The notes under the pieces: generated by a model
Database searches by the model: none
Told to the model about the DNA's origin: nothing
Seen by the model: the letters and a program-made list of their open reading frames with translations, nothing else
Assembly: GCF_000143415.4 (NCBI RefSeq)
Contig: NW_003314262.1
Location: 3,088,603 to 3,152,602 of the forward strand
DNA length: 64,000 nucleotides
From: Selaginella moellendorffii
Taxonomy: Eukaryota > Plantae > Lycopodiophyta
Reading direction: 5' to 3'
In this document: in pieces, positions 40,611 through 53,300 of the stretch
How positions within the stretch are numbered: position 1 is the first letter of the stretch
Layout: every line of letters begins with the position of its first letter
Program-made: the position numbers and the translations under genes

Positions 40611-42839
40611 AGAAAGTTGGTCACTCTAGTAAAAGAAATAAAATTAAACATCTGAACAGATTTTCTATGTCCCAGGATCTGGTTGCCCTTTGCAGGAGAA
40701 AAAGGGGTGTCAACAATAATTATACATCTTTTTTTGTAAATTATATTATTAGTTATATGAGCTATGTATAATAGTATAGCCCGAGAGTCTATTTTTAGCA
40801 TCTAGCTCTTACAAAAGGCTAGAGAGGCACCAGGCCAGTGTCTTCTTTCGCACAGCCAGCTCTTTGATGCACTACCTTAATGCTTAGATCAGGAGTAAAC
40901 GGCCACACGGAAGAGTTGTGCTGCGCGGCGTGCTAGCGAGCCGATTGGCCACGCCTTGCAATTGAAGACCTGGCCTAATATTCAGCAAACCAAAAATTGT
41001 GCATGCCCGATGTTTACATCCTAGCCCATCCACCAAAAAACTCATTACTTATTTTCTTCAAATTCAATTGCGAGTTTATTATGAGTTTGGCATAGATGCA
41101 ACTAGAAAAACCTATATAATTTCTCAGTTGACAATGTCTATATCACCACAAGCTTTGCAAAGAGATCACCAATCACCATCACCCACGAACCCTAAACTTT
41201 CCAGAGAAATTGATGCCGACTATTCGCGCATATTAACTGGATATCCAAATATTGCAAAACTCAGGAAAGGAACATACATTGTACGTCGCCGTAGCGCTTG
41301 GGCTAGCTTCTCTTCAACCCATCGCGCGAACTTGTGATCGCTGTAGTGAAGCGCGAATGTTGCCCACAGCAGCTCCTGGGACGGCCTCGGGTAGAAACTC
41401 TCCTTGTAGAGAATGCCTTGTCGATCGTCGTGAAGGGCTTCAGAGAAATCGAGGACACATAGCTCGCCTCACAGGATCCCACGCCAGCTCAATTTCGATG
41501 TCCTCGCCGTCCAGACCCAGAGTGCGGTAGTCAGCAGCCACGGCATAAAGATCCAGTCCCATTGCTTGGCTTCTCTGTCGCCTACAGCAGGCTCGGACGC
41601 CCAGCTTCCTTCTGACGATCCGAGATACAAGCGGCAGGTTCTTTCTCCCTCCCACATTGAGCTGGTTGTATTTTCTCTCGAGGAAGCTGCTTCATGCTCC
41701 TGGAAATCAAGCATAAATGAGTACGCCGCAGCTTAAGTAGCCATTTCAATTATGATAGTAATTAAGGGAGTTCCTCAGTTGCATCCGCTGCTTCTTCACT
41801 CTGAAAAAAAGCAGTGACATTTTATTGAGAAGAGGAAGACGAGTTCTTACCTTTGAATCAAAACGGGATTGAAGCTCTTTAATTTAGACCTGGAGTTCCT
41901 TCCATCTACAAGCACAACCAGCATTAAGCTTTGCAGCACGCAAGACTTACAAGCTCGGTCTCGTCGGATATTACACGGAACTGCCTGGTCTTCTGTGTTT
42001 GAAGTTGCATCGAGTTTTGGTTTAGGCGATCTTCATCAGCAACATTTGGTCTGTCCTTGCTCGTTGTTTATTATTTCGTCACGAGAATGCGACAGAAATG
42101 ACGGGCTCCGATAAAAAACAAGCAATAAGGACACATAAAACAATGATCTTATCCAGAACCTTAGCTGATGCGTCCAAAATGCCACGTAAACCTGCTAAAA
42201 AGATTATTTCAGAACAAATAACATAAAAACCTCTCTTAAGACTAAAGAGCTCAGATTTTCAGTCTTCTGGTATTCCTCTCTTTTCACGATCCAGCTGCGC
42301 TTTTCTGTCCTCTTCTACCTCAAGTGCAAGTTTCTCCTTCTCGAAATCGTACTGTAAATGAAAAAAGAAGAATTCAGATATCTGTGGGCTATAACCAAAA
42401 CTGCCACTCGATTAGATTTAAAAGTTGTTTTTCGAAATCTAGCACCTGTATTCAGGACTCAACTAAGAGCATTACATACCAACAACTTTTTAGCACAGCT
42501 CTTCAATTTTTCTGCCTGCCGCTTAAGATACCTACAAAAACAGGAAAAGGAGGTTGATGCCAAAAAATCCTTGTTGACGTGCGAGCATTTTGCAACTTTC
42601 TTCGCTCTTTGTTTCGTGCATCTGAAACATGATGAGGCGGCGGAGTAAGATTTGTGACTGTAATGATCCCCCACATGCGAAGTGCCGTACCTGTTTGCAT
42701 TTGATCGCCATGGCGATGATCCAGCCACGGCGTTGGAGTGGGGATAATCCAGAGCCACCGCGACGCCATAGCCATCGAAAATATTCACCCTTGTGGATTT
42801 ACTTGTTCGAATCCCTTTAATATATACTCCCCATAGAGC

Positions 42840-44987
42840 ATGGAGGGTCCCGTGTGTTTCCTCGAGCTCCTGGTGCCGTCAAGCATCCCTTTTCTCCTTC
42901 ATTCGGTGCTGTCCCGCAGGCAAGCTCCAATTCAATCGCAGCGAGAGCCTGATGCTTTCTCTCTCGAGGATTTCCTCTTTGGTTACCATGGCATCATCCT
43001 CAACTGCTCTGTCATCCCTGGCAACTTGTCCAAGCACAGTATCTGGGACAACATCTGTTCAATCTACCGCGGAATTGAGCGCTGCAAAGGTAGAAAACCG
43101 TAAAAAAAAGCTTCTCTTTTATCTAAAACTCCTTTTGGTAGAGTTCAAGGACGCTCCGCCTCCGGTCAAGTCCGTGCGCCTCCTCGAGCTACTGCTGCGT
43201 TTGGTCAGGCCGAGATCCAACGTCTTTGACAACATGCTCGTCGTCACAGCTCCAGCCAATGTGAAACACTTTGTGGAGGTTTTGCGTTGCTACTACCACC
43301 CTTGGAAGCTGGTGGGAAGCATGGAGTGTTGTAAACCAAGGAAGAAGAGAAAGACTCTCTCGCTCAGATATCATCATCGCTATACATACAGAGGTGAGAG
43401 TCGTGACTCTCCAGATCCACCACGTGTCACCACATGTCTCAGCCGTACGGTGATCTCGGATGTACTACATCCTCACATGGAGGAGCACCAGTGGATGCTG
43501 GATCGTCTGGATATAGTTGTGGCGAGCCCCCAAGAGGCTCGCAAGCTGAAGGCCAGCATGACACTTCTAGCGCTTGTTCTTGTTGACGACGACAACCCCG
43601 AGTTTTTCAGCCGAGTAGGTGTTTGCTCCTTTCAGTGCTTTAGTCGATCTGATGGTGTGCTTGACAGGTTATGGACCTGGTAGAGTCCCTCCTGTTTTTC
43701 AGTCTCCCGGTATCACTGAAACCTTCTCCTTGCAGGTTCGCCTTGTTTAGCCTCAACCTCTCTTAAACTTCTGTATTTTCAGGCCTGCCAAGGTGGATGT
43801 AATCAATTACCTTGCTCCCTGGGAAGCGATCAACATGAGCAAAGAGCTATTGCGGGCTATAGAGTTGTCACTTCCAGGTATGTATCTTCGCTTCTTTCTG
43901 TTTTCTTCATCTGGAGTTCGCTTTGATTGTTTCAGAAGCAGCGTGTTGCTCTGGTTTCCTTGACCCGTGCTTCTGCAATGCGGTCCAGAATTTCTCCGTG
44001 TTTCGACGCAACGTTGTGTGCCAGGACTGGTCTGGCATTGTGGCCTTCATGCCGGGCCTCATTCACGATTCAACAAGCACCGCCTCAATAGTTCTCGCTC
44101 CAGGCCACAGGATTCCTCAGCTTTTGGAGCTGTTGCAGGCCTTCGTGGACGGCCTGGGACTGTTTGAAGTTAAGGTGACTTACCTCAGCGAGCCAGCGAT
44201 CATGAATGAACTTTCACCCGGAATTGTACTCGGGACTCCGGACAGGATGCACGAAGCACTGTGCGAGGCCAGCACGACTTGGAAGCCACACAGAGCCGTT
44301 CTCGTAGAAACCAATGTGCTGGTTTCCACACAGAAAGTACATGTGGAGGCAATATGCTCCATCCTTTGGAGCCGAGACGTGACCTTGGGGATCCACTCCC
44401 TAGACCCATCTCCTGGTGTAGAAGATATCGTCACAAGGTTCTGCAAGGGCGAGACGAGCAGGATTCCCAGGCCAGCCTTCACCGTAAGCTCAGTCAAGCA
44501 CTTCTATGCAGCTGTCAAGAGCGCCAGTGACAAGCTCGCCAAGCTCGGGGAAGTGTGGAAGTTGTTTCGGATCAGGAGCGATACAGTGACAGTGTACTGC
44601 AACTCGGTATCGCAGGTGGAACTGGTTGCTTCTGGGATGGAAAATGCGGGTTTTATAGTGGCTGCAACGCACACTGGCATGCCACAGCACTGCATTGAAG
44701 AGACAAATCGGGCTTTTTGCCAGCGTGGTTTGCTTCTAATCACCAACATAATCTACAGTGGAAGGCAGCATGTTATCAACTTTGACATGCCCGAGTCCGC
44801 GGATAGGTATTTGGCGAGAGCAGGCGTGCACAGGATTCTTTGGACAAGAAAGGTGGTGAGCATCTGCTCTGAGCTTGAAGTTTGTTTGCTGCACGAGTTT
44901 GAAAGGAGCCTTGGTTTCAAGGCTGATCTCCTGGTTGCAAGAGACCATCGTCTGAATGGAAAGAAGCCACCGCGGAGAAAGAACTAA
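42840..44987 (+). CDS. eIF4A-derived DEAD-box pseudo-helicase, copy 2 (with in-frame LTR insertion)
   Basis: Highly similar to copy 1 with the same exon structure; the frame stays open through a 156-nt insertion. Confidence 0.7.
43327..43477. mobile_element. 151-bp solo LTR with 5-bp TSD TGGAG
   Basis: TG...CA termini; TGGAG at 43322-43326 and 43478-43482; absent from copy 1. Confidence 0.85.
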
Positions 44988-46299
44988 ACATCTGCCTGCA
45001 AAGGGTAATCATGAAGCAGATTTTCTAGTCCTGAAAAACGATTTGGTTGCCCTATTGCTGGATTTCACTCTTCTATATATTTTGTACATTTTGTATTCCA
45101 TCTGTTTTTTAGAAAAGGATGTATAGTCCCATTTCTTTTCCTGGGATGTCAGATCTTTTCAAAGCTCATGGCAATAAATCCGATGTAATGTAATTTTTTA
45201 TCCTTTTATATGAAATGTTTTAACATGCATATATACAATTTTTAGAGGATCAATTTGTTGAATATTGTGCTAAATTTCATAAACTTGTGCCAGAACACTT
45301 CATATGGTCACTTACACTGAACAAAGAGCCCTTTGGATAAACTATATATAGTAAGATTGAGAAAATATACCAATTCTAAATTATCTACTTTCTACTTTAC
45401 AATTAAATGATGATAAGAGTTTTAATGTTATTTTTGCATAAGTGTTAAGTAAACTTCACTTGGATCAATGGAAAAATGCTTGCCAAATACTAATCTCAAA
45501 ATGTAGCATTAGTAGCTTATGCGTTTGTGAAGGCAAATTAAACTCTATTAGTAGTATAAAATTATAACTATATAAAAATTTAGATAGTAAAGCATTAATA
45601 AAAATTTACACTTTCATAACTATAGCATATGTGATCATGGGATAAGATTTAGATATATTGTTACCATGAATCCTTGGAACCTTAGGGGATAAATGGGGAT
45701 AAAATAGCCATTAAAGGCTCTTTCATCAAGCAATTGCCTCTTTTCCAGTTGATTTAAGGGGAGAGAGATAAGATGTACTACAATGACATACATATATTAG
45801 AGAAAATGTAAATAATTATTGCAATTTAAATGTAAATTTTTTATATATTTCATTATTATCTCTTTGAAAGTCTTTACAAACTATTCCATCAAACCATCCA
45901 TTTATAGATGATAATTATTTAGAAAGGTATAATTTAGATGTCAAACATGAAATACATCAAACATTAAATACCTTAGCCATAATGCAAGATTAATGTTATA
46001 TATACATAATTTCAAACTATTGTGTGAAAGGTTATATTTTAGACTATAGAATTTAAATGGGTAATAATTTAGACTTGTTTGAATTGCATAGTTCTAGAAT
46101 ACAACCCTTTAGACCACATTGTGGACTAAACTCATGCATGCATAACCATATTAGACCATTTAGAACCATTGCTTAAAAGAATTTACTATAGACAAGAATG
46201 TTAGAATACCATATAAATGAGGAAGAAGTATTTAATAACAATTGTAAATGCATTAATAAGAGCACTAACTCACCCAACTAGTTGGATAGTAAGAAGTAA

Positions 46300-47800
46300 T
46301 TATGATATAGTCATTATTAATAATCAATCATGAAAAAGAATTTATCAAATCAAATACCACTAACTCAAATGGATGGGAAATTGCAATTAATTCTAACTGT
46401 CCTTCTGTAACACGAGAGGGAATATTATAAACTTAGCACCATAAACTTTTTTCAAGAATTTATAATTGTGCTAAAATTTTTATGATGGTGCTCCATCTTA
46501 TATTTTGGCCTACAATGATATACATATCAGATGATATTTCATCTCATTTCTAGTATATAAATGTTAAAATGATAAATTATTAGTAAGTGATGTATGATTC
46601 TTAGAGCACCTTTAATACCATAACTCAACTCTTTGAGCCTTCTAAACATCATCTAGGGAATGCAAATCTAACTTTACACTTTATAAACACTAAACATTAT
46701 GCATAACAATTACCAATAGTATAGAATATTCATCTAAAATTTCAATGATATTGAAATAATAGGCTCCTTAGAAATATAAGAAGAAAGAGGAGGAGGAAAA
46801 GGAGCTTGAGATAGAAAATCAATATCAACTATTGAACCTCTAAAGCAATAAATAATCTCAAATTTGTAGATTTGAAGCTTCAAGCAATATAATCAACCAT
46901 GTTCTTATGCTTTAATAATAAAGTGATTACAGTATGATCACTTTCTAGTAATGTCCAAAAACAATACAAGGACATATAGAGCTTCTTAAAGTCCTAAACC
47001 ACTACTAAACACTCATTTATTTGTGAATAATTCATTTTTAACTAACTATAAAGTATAGGATAACATTGACCAAGGACCCTTGTACTCTTATGCCCTAGAG
47101 ATTGATATCAAAACCATCTATATGTAAAATGAAGGGCTGAATATAGTTAAGGTATGTTAAAATTAATGGAGTTATCAACACTACTTTAAGATTTGAAAAT
47201 GCCCAATTGCAATCTTCATGGTGTAATGCAATAAAAAAGATGATTAACAAAACATCCAAAATATTGAGAAAGTGTTGCATATTGTTCACATGCTTTGGTA
47301 TAAAGAAGTTCAAAATTGAGGAAAGTGAATAAGCATTTATGAATCTCAAAGAGTTGTTAATAACTCCTTAAGTTTTGGTGTATTTTAACTACAATCTATT
47401 TTACCACAAGTTTATCAAAATCAATTTATAAACCCTTGTAAGAAATGTGGTAACCCAAGGTCCTTAGATCCAAACATGCATTTAGATTGGGAAAACAAGG
47501 ACGGGGAAAGGTCTTAGTTTAATGCAAGTGAGTTTCAAACAAATTTCTTATAGCTAATTTAATATTTTGCAAACATCATAAATGTGCTCCTTTTTGTCCC
47601 CTTTGAAAAAATCAAAATATCATTAATAAAATTAGTAATCATCTCTAACATATCAAAGAGAACATCTTCCATCATCCATTAGAAAGCCTCTAACTAAATG
47701 GCATCACTAAAAACCTATAAAAACCAAATGGTGAATGGAAAACAATATTAGGAATATTTTTCTTAGCCATTAACATTCAGAAGGAAAATATAACTTAGTG
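46300..47800 (-). mobile_element. Highly decayed gypsy RT/RNase H remnant
   Basis: PLILTYLNYIQPFILHIDG resembles the gypsy P.L.YPD..KPF.L.TDAS motif; very AT-rich. Confidence 0.5.
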
Positions 47801-48144
47801 AACTAATGGTTTCACTTAAGATTATCCAAGAAATTGGTAATGTGAGTAAGAGGGTATATATCTAAGATACATTATATAACAAATAATAATTGATGCATAA
47901 CTAATATTCCTATTAGGCTTCAACATAAGATGAAGGATCTTAAAACTTTCAAATCACATCCTTCTTCAACATCTTTTAGATATGAGCTCTTAAGATATTA
48001 GTCTCCTTCGGTGACAATGTTGAATATGAATTTTGATTAGATATGCATCCTTAGTTAAAATTGAAATATATGTATGCTATAATAGGAAGGTTTGCTAAAA
48101 TATAAAACAAGATAAAATTTATTTACAGAAAAAGTAATTTAATA

Positions 48145-50590
48145 ATTTTCTTAAAATCTGTACTATATGCTTTTTGGTTTTTAAATATCATATTTAAAAG
48201 AATTTTAAAATGATTGAATTTGAAATAAGATTCTTTTGCAAGGTCATATAACTATTTGAAAGGGAAAAAACAACCATTGATATAAGTTTATTGCATATAG
48301 AAGAGAGATTTGGTTCTGTTTTAGAATACTTTCTTAAGGGGTTTATCATAGCATAATGTTTAGAATTTATGGATCTTCATTCACACTTTCATTTGAAGAG
48401 AGGGAAATACACATAAAATGTATGTGGGATTTAGTGTTAGTAATTTGAACTCTTGGAATCTTTTTTCCCTAGGTAATAAATTAAAAGCTAAGAACTACCA
48501 TTGCACACAACTAAACTACATAAAAAAAAAAAGAGAGAACAATAAGGATAGTGATTATGAGTTTGAGATAAAGACAATGATATAAAGTGCAACAAATTAA
48601 GTGAAAAAGAATGCCCTCCTACTTATTTTAGAAAGCTACAATTCTGTGACTTTCAAGAAATGTCCTATATATTTTTTAGCTTCCGGTGGAAACAATAGTG
48701 ACAATTAATATGACAATATATATGCTCTTGTGATATAATGTAATATCACACACCCAAAATACTACCATGAAATATTTTTGAGATGGTTAAGATAGAAATG
48801 GAGATACATGAGTATTATGAGAAGAACACTCACAAGTATATGAAATAAAAAGTATATTTTTTAATTATATAAAGTATAATAAGTCTATATTATTGATAGA
48901 GAATAAACATTGATAGTCTTAGCAAATCTTGTTAGCTCCAAAAAGCTTCTGTAATTCAGTAATAATAAGGTATATAAATGTCCATTTTAAGATCTTAGTG
49001 TAAGGAGTTGATAAAAATATAGTATATATGCTTGCAAGGAATATATGCCTTTTCATTTAATAAATTTTGGACATTTGCAAGGAAAATCTTGAATGACAAT
49101 AGTGTATTCTTCACTTTCTATTTTGACTATATACTCTTTTGCAAGTGTAGTGATGTATTTTGTGGAGAGAATCTCATACTCAAGAATTTGAGCTAAGACC
49201 ATATATTTATATGCTATGGTAAAAATAATGTATTTTACTTTGCTTTTGCTTGGAAATGGTATCAATAAATTTAATTACCTTACCTTTTTTTATTGGTCTC
49301 ATGTGCATCTCTATGGGAATAGTGTTAGTTTTATTGCTCATGTTTTCAACTCTCCTTTCAAGATTGAAACAAAATTTCTTAAGGTTTTCAATCTCATTCG
49401 AGGTGAATGCGACCCCATTAGCAATTAGCCTTTTTTAGGTATTGCATCAGATTTTGTCACTATAATGTTTTCAAGCTACTTTATGTGGTTAGCATCAGTG
49501 TTGTAGCAATATAGTAAACACCATCTAGAAAATCTTGCTTGCTTTTGTTCCCTATAGAAATATAGGGCTGGAACAGAAGCAAACTTGTGATCATGGATCC
49601 AAGCCTAACATTTGCCCTTTATAAGCATCCTCATGCATTTTATATTGGATTTTTCTGACACTCAACAGATTACCTATTGCCTCAACTCTACAATATAGTA
49701 AGTGATTTCAACATGTTGTGATGCGCTTTTTTCATTAGGTGCTTAAGATCATTTAATCTGGGGGTAATTTTTTGGAGTAAAATGGTATTTAACATTAGAC
49801 ATGTAAAAGCTTTTTACTCCAAGATTCAAGTGTGGACTATACTTGAGCTCACGAGTTGACGAGTTGAGTTCATAAGTTGAGCTCAAGTTTCATTTATATT
49901 TCAATACAAATATTATAAACTTTAAAATATTAAGGTTATGGCAAATTTAATAATTTCATAACTCTTTATACATTATATAGATAAAAATGTTCTAAGGGAC
50001 ACTTCTCATACTAAAAAATTAAATATTTACTATAAGCCATAATAAGGATATTTGTTAAAACATAAACTAAAATGTTTGCAAAATAAATATCCTTGTCACT
50101 TTCTTAAATTTGTACTCTATGCTTTTTAGCTAGTAAATGTCAAGTGTGTTAGAATTTTAAAACTATTAAATTTGAAATAAGATTCTATATAAGGCCATAT
50201 AACCTTTTGAAAGGAAAAAAATACAACTGTTAATATAAGCTTGTTGCATATAAAAAAGAGACTTGGTTCTTTTTTAAAATACATTCTTGAGGGGTTTATC
50301 ATAGTGCACTATTTGGAATTTATGGATTTCATTCGCACTCTCATTCAAAGAGAGGGAGATACACACAAATGTCTGTAGATTCTAATGTTGGTAATTTTAA
50401 CTCTTGCAATCTTTCTTCCCAAAGTTGTAATAGCTATCCCATTGAACACCATAACTAAACAATATAAAAGAAAGAAAGAGAAGATAGTGGTCATGAGTTA
50501 AAGATAAATGCAATGACAGAGGGTATAACAAATTGGGTGAAAACGAATGCCCTCCTAGTTGCTTTAGAAAACTATAATTCTATGATTTAT
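48145..50590. repeat. Diverged ~500-bp direct repeat (48145-48650 and 50100-50590)
   Basis: Colinear shared blocks such as tttgaaataagattc, ggggtttatcatag and gaatgccctcct. Confidence 0.75.
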
Positions 50591-51299
50591 ATTGGATTTT
50601 GTTGGCATTCAGTGGATTTTCCATTGCCTCTGTCGCAAATATGACTTCGGATATCGAAAGTTACCTGTTAGCTAGTCTTTACAAACACTCTTTCCTTACT
50701 GCCACAATGGCAGGAGGTCGATATTGTTAGTTCCCTTTATCAGCCCCTCTTGTTCAAGTGTTAGTTTATTAGGCTTAGCATCTATACTTAGTTAGATGGA
50801 CATAAAGTAGGAACTTCTATGTGTTTTTAGTTACGGCTTAGCTCTTAATTCTCTTTTGCTCTCTCTTGCATTGGCTTGACAAGAACCCTCGTGTATTGAG
50901 ACTAGTTCCTTAATATTGTTGGATGATAGCTTACCATGTTTGCTAAACACTCTCGGTATCATGCCCTTTGTGTTAGTATTATTTCGGTCCTAAATACTAT
51001 TTATGGAAAGTGTCTAAATTTGCTCATTTGGCATATCTATAGAATGTAGAGATTGTCCTGAACACAATGGTGTTCGTCCCATGTCCAAATTAACAATTTA
51101 GGGATATTCCATATTTAGTAAGTTTCAAGCTTGTCCTAGAGACTAACTCCTGATACTAAGGGAGGCTTGGGGTGAAAGCCCAAAGCATGTGTTCCTCAAG
51201 GGGGCAAGGGGGGGGGGGCGGATATGGAGGGTTTCAAATGTATAGTAAGGATAGTGGGTCCATCAGGCATGCAGCAGTAGTGATGCAGCTTAGCGATGA

Positions 51300-51615
51300 G
51301 GACAAACTTCATGCACATGATTTGGAGGTTCTTGCCTTGGAAGAATAGCGACAATCTGCATCGAAACATCTTCTTTGAGGCAAGCAGAAGATCAAGTCAA
51401 TCATTGATCACCAGTGGTCTGCCGAACCATTCGAGGATGGCGATCTTGTTCTACTCAAGGAATTTACGCCACCATCGAAGTTCTCCCCTTGCTAAATTGG
51501 CCCCTACTTTGTCCAGCGATACATTGGAGGCGGAGCATATGTGCTAGTTGATGCTGAGGGACATGAGCTCCCATATGCTCACAACCACTCTCACCTCAAA
51601 CGCTTCATCCGGTGA
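51300..51615 (+). mobile_element. Gypsy integrase C-terminal (GPY/F) fragment
   Basis: Translates as FEDGDLVLLK...*IGPYFVQRYIGGGAYVL...HNHSHLKRF. Confidence 0.7.
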
Positions 51616-52423
51616 GGCATTCCTAGTTGCTTTAGGACTATTCCAAGTCACTTCGCACTCCTATCCCTTTGCTCCTTGGGCTGTCCACTCAGAACTTGCT
51701 CTGTGGTCCAGTTCCATTGGCTCCATGCTTAAGAGTTTGGCACTGTTCCTTCGTTTAGTGGCCTAAGACCCTGAAGCTTAGGTTCCACACCACTGTCCTT
51801 TGGACATGTGGCATGTGGCATATGGCATGTGAGGGTTTAAGTTTTGCTTTGTGGTTATCCTATAGTAAATCACCATAGGATAAAGGGTAAAAACCACGTG
51901 CACTACATTTAAAGGATATGTCTTAGCGAGTACTATTCAATAAGATTGGGCAACTAGTCTCTTTGCATACGCAGAGATGAAAATGATGATCCCAGTGGGT
52001 ACACGTTTGGGTGCTAAGCCTTTGCATTTGTTCTTTGGGTATAAAATTTGGTTACCTTTTCGTACTAGATTATATGAGCTTGCTCTTGGGCTCATAGGAT
52101 GGATTGAAATGTTCCATTTGCACGAGTTTGCGCTTGGGCTCGTGAGTGAGGCACATTAGCAACTCAAGGTTACACTTTGAGTTGGCAAGATTAATATTAG
52201 CCTATCGATGGTTCCATGAGTTATTTTATGTATCGTGGGTGAAAGTAAACCTTCCTTGGGTTCACTATGAGTGGCAAATAGGCTGGTCAATAACTGTTTA
52301 GCATGACACTAGTGGATCCTTCCTAGGCATGATTACAAGTGGATCAACCAAGACTGTAGGGATTAATCTATTGGTTCAAGTAGTCATTGCCATGCTCTCT
52401 CATAAACTTTTCTTGAATTGAAC

Positions 52424-52631
52424 TGTAAACAACCAAAGGGAACGACTCGAGAGATGGTCCATAGGGATTCAAATATAAAGAGAAAGGGCCCATGAATAAG
52501 AGTGCACCCCCTTTTTTAATCGATTAAGGGTTTTGGGATACTTAGAGTTAAGCGTCTTTGGGTTTGAATAGTATTGGGTTAGGTGACCTTCCGGGAAGTC
52601 CAAACTCAAGAGTTTACATTTGGTATCAGAG
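52424..52631 (+). mobile_element. 195-bp LTR with a 5S rRNA-derived domain (Cassandra-like) followed by a tRNA-Met PBS
   Basis: Perfect 7-bp inverted termini TGTAAAC (52424) / GTTTACA (52618); AGTTAAGCGT...GGTGACCTTCCGGGAAGTCC matches the 5S box A-box C region; TGGTATCAGAG at 52621. Confidence 0.8.
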
Positions 52632-52759
52632 TAGGTCTCAGGTCCGACTTTGTTGGTTGGATAAGAGAATCACACTACAAGTTGATTGACATCTAGTAGG
52701 TCTAATTTTCTCCCACTAGGCTCGACCCAAGGGGTAGGGTGTCAAGAGAGTGAGATCTT

Positions 52760-53300
52760 AATCACAAAGCAGCTGTGTGTCCCAAGAAGCCTCCTTGACT
52801 GCTCGAGTTCACTCTGCCTCAAAGTCCACCTCTATTGCAGTCGGGAAATGACCCTGTCCAAACAGAGTAAGAGCTGTCTATTTGGACTCCCCGAATAAAA
52901 CTCACTTTTCTTCTTTATCAAGCTCCTCACCACCTTTCATCAAAGCCACCACCAATTCCCACAACTTTTGCGTCCCATGTCTCCTTTCTTTCACCGGACA
53001 ATTAGGACTCAAGACTTTGGTGCTACTGGACTCAGGTGCAACTTCCTGCTTCATGGACACAGACTTTGCTGCCCGACATCACGTTCCTCTTTCTCCTACC
53101 ATATGGGATCTGAGGGTTGAAGGCATTGGCGAGCATTTTGTGTCTCCATCTTCTGGACTTAGGGAAGTGTTGCCCGTTCGAGTACACATCGGGTCCACCA
53201 TCACCGATATCACCTTCAACATCATCAACAACAAGTCCTCCTCTGTGGTGCTTGGCCTTCCTTGGTTCCAACTACATCAGCCTCAAATCTGTTAGAAGGA
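52760..53300 (+). mobile_element. Gypsy (chromovirus-type) gag end and aspartic protease fragment
   Basis: HKAAVCPKK (knuckle end), LVLLDSGATSCFMD and VVLGLPWFQLHQPQI. Confidence 0.8.

Larger units (their letters stand above)
41185..44990. repeat. Tandem segmental duplication of ~34790-40270
   Basis: 41185-41310 ~ 34790-34975; 41320-41620 ~ 35115-35380; kinesin-region debris; second helicase-like gene. Confidence 0.8.

Noticed and set aside
18463-44987. Functional cluster of the Btz protein (eIF4AIII partner) and the eIF4A-like pseudo-helicases
   Set aside because: They are ~20 kb apart with many unrelated genes between; no evidence beyond coincidence.
52545-52601. 5S rRNA gene
   Set aside because: Only the internal promoter half is present, diverged and embedded in an LTR followed by a PBS.
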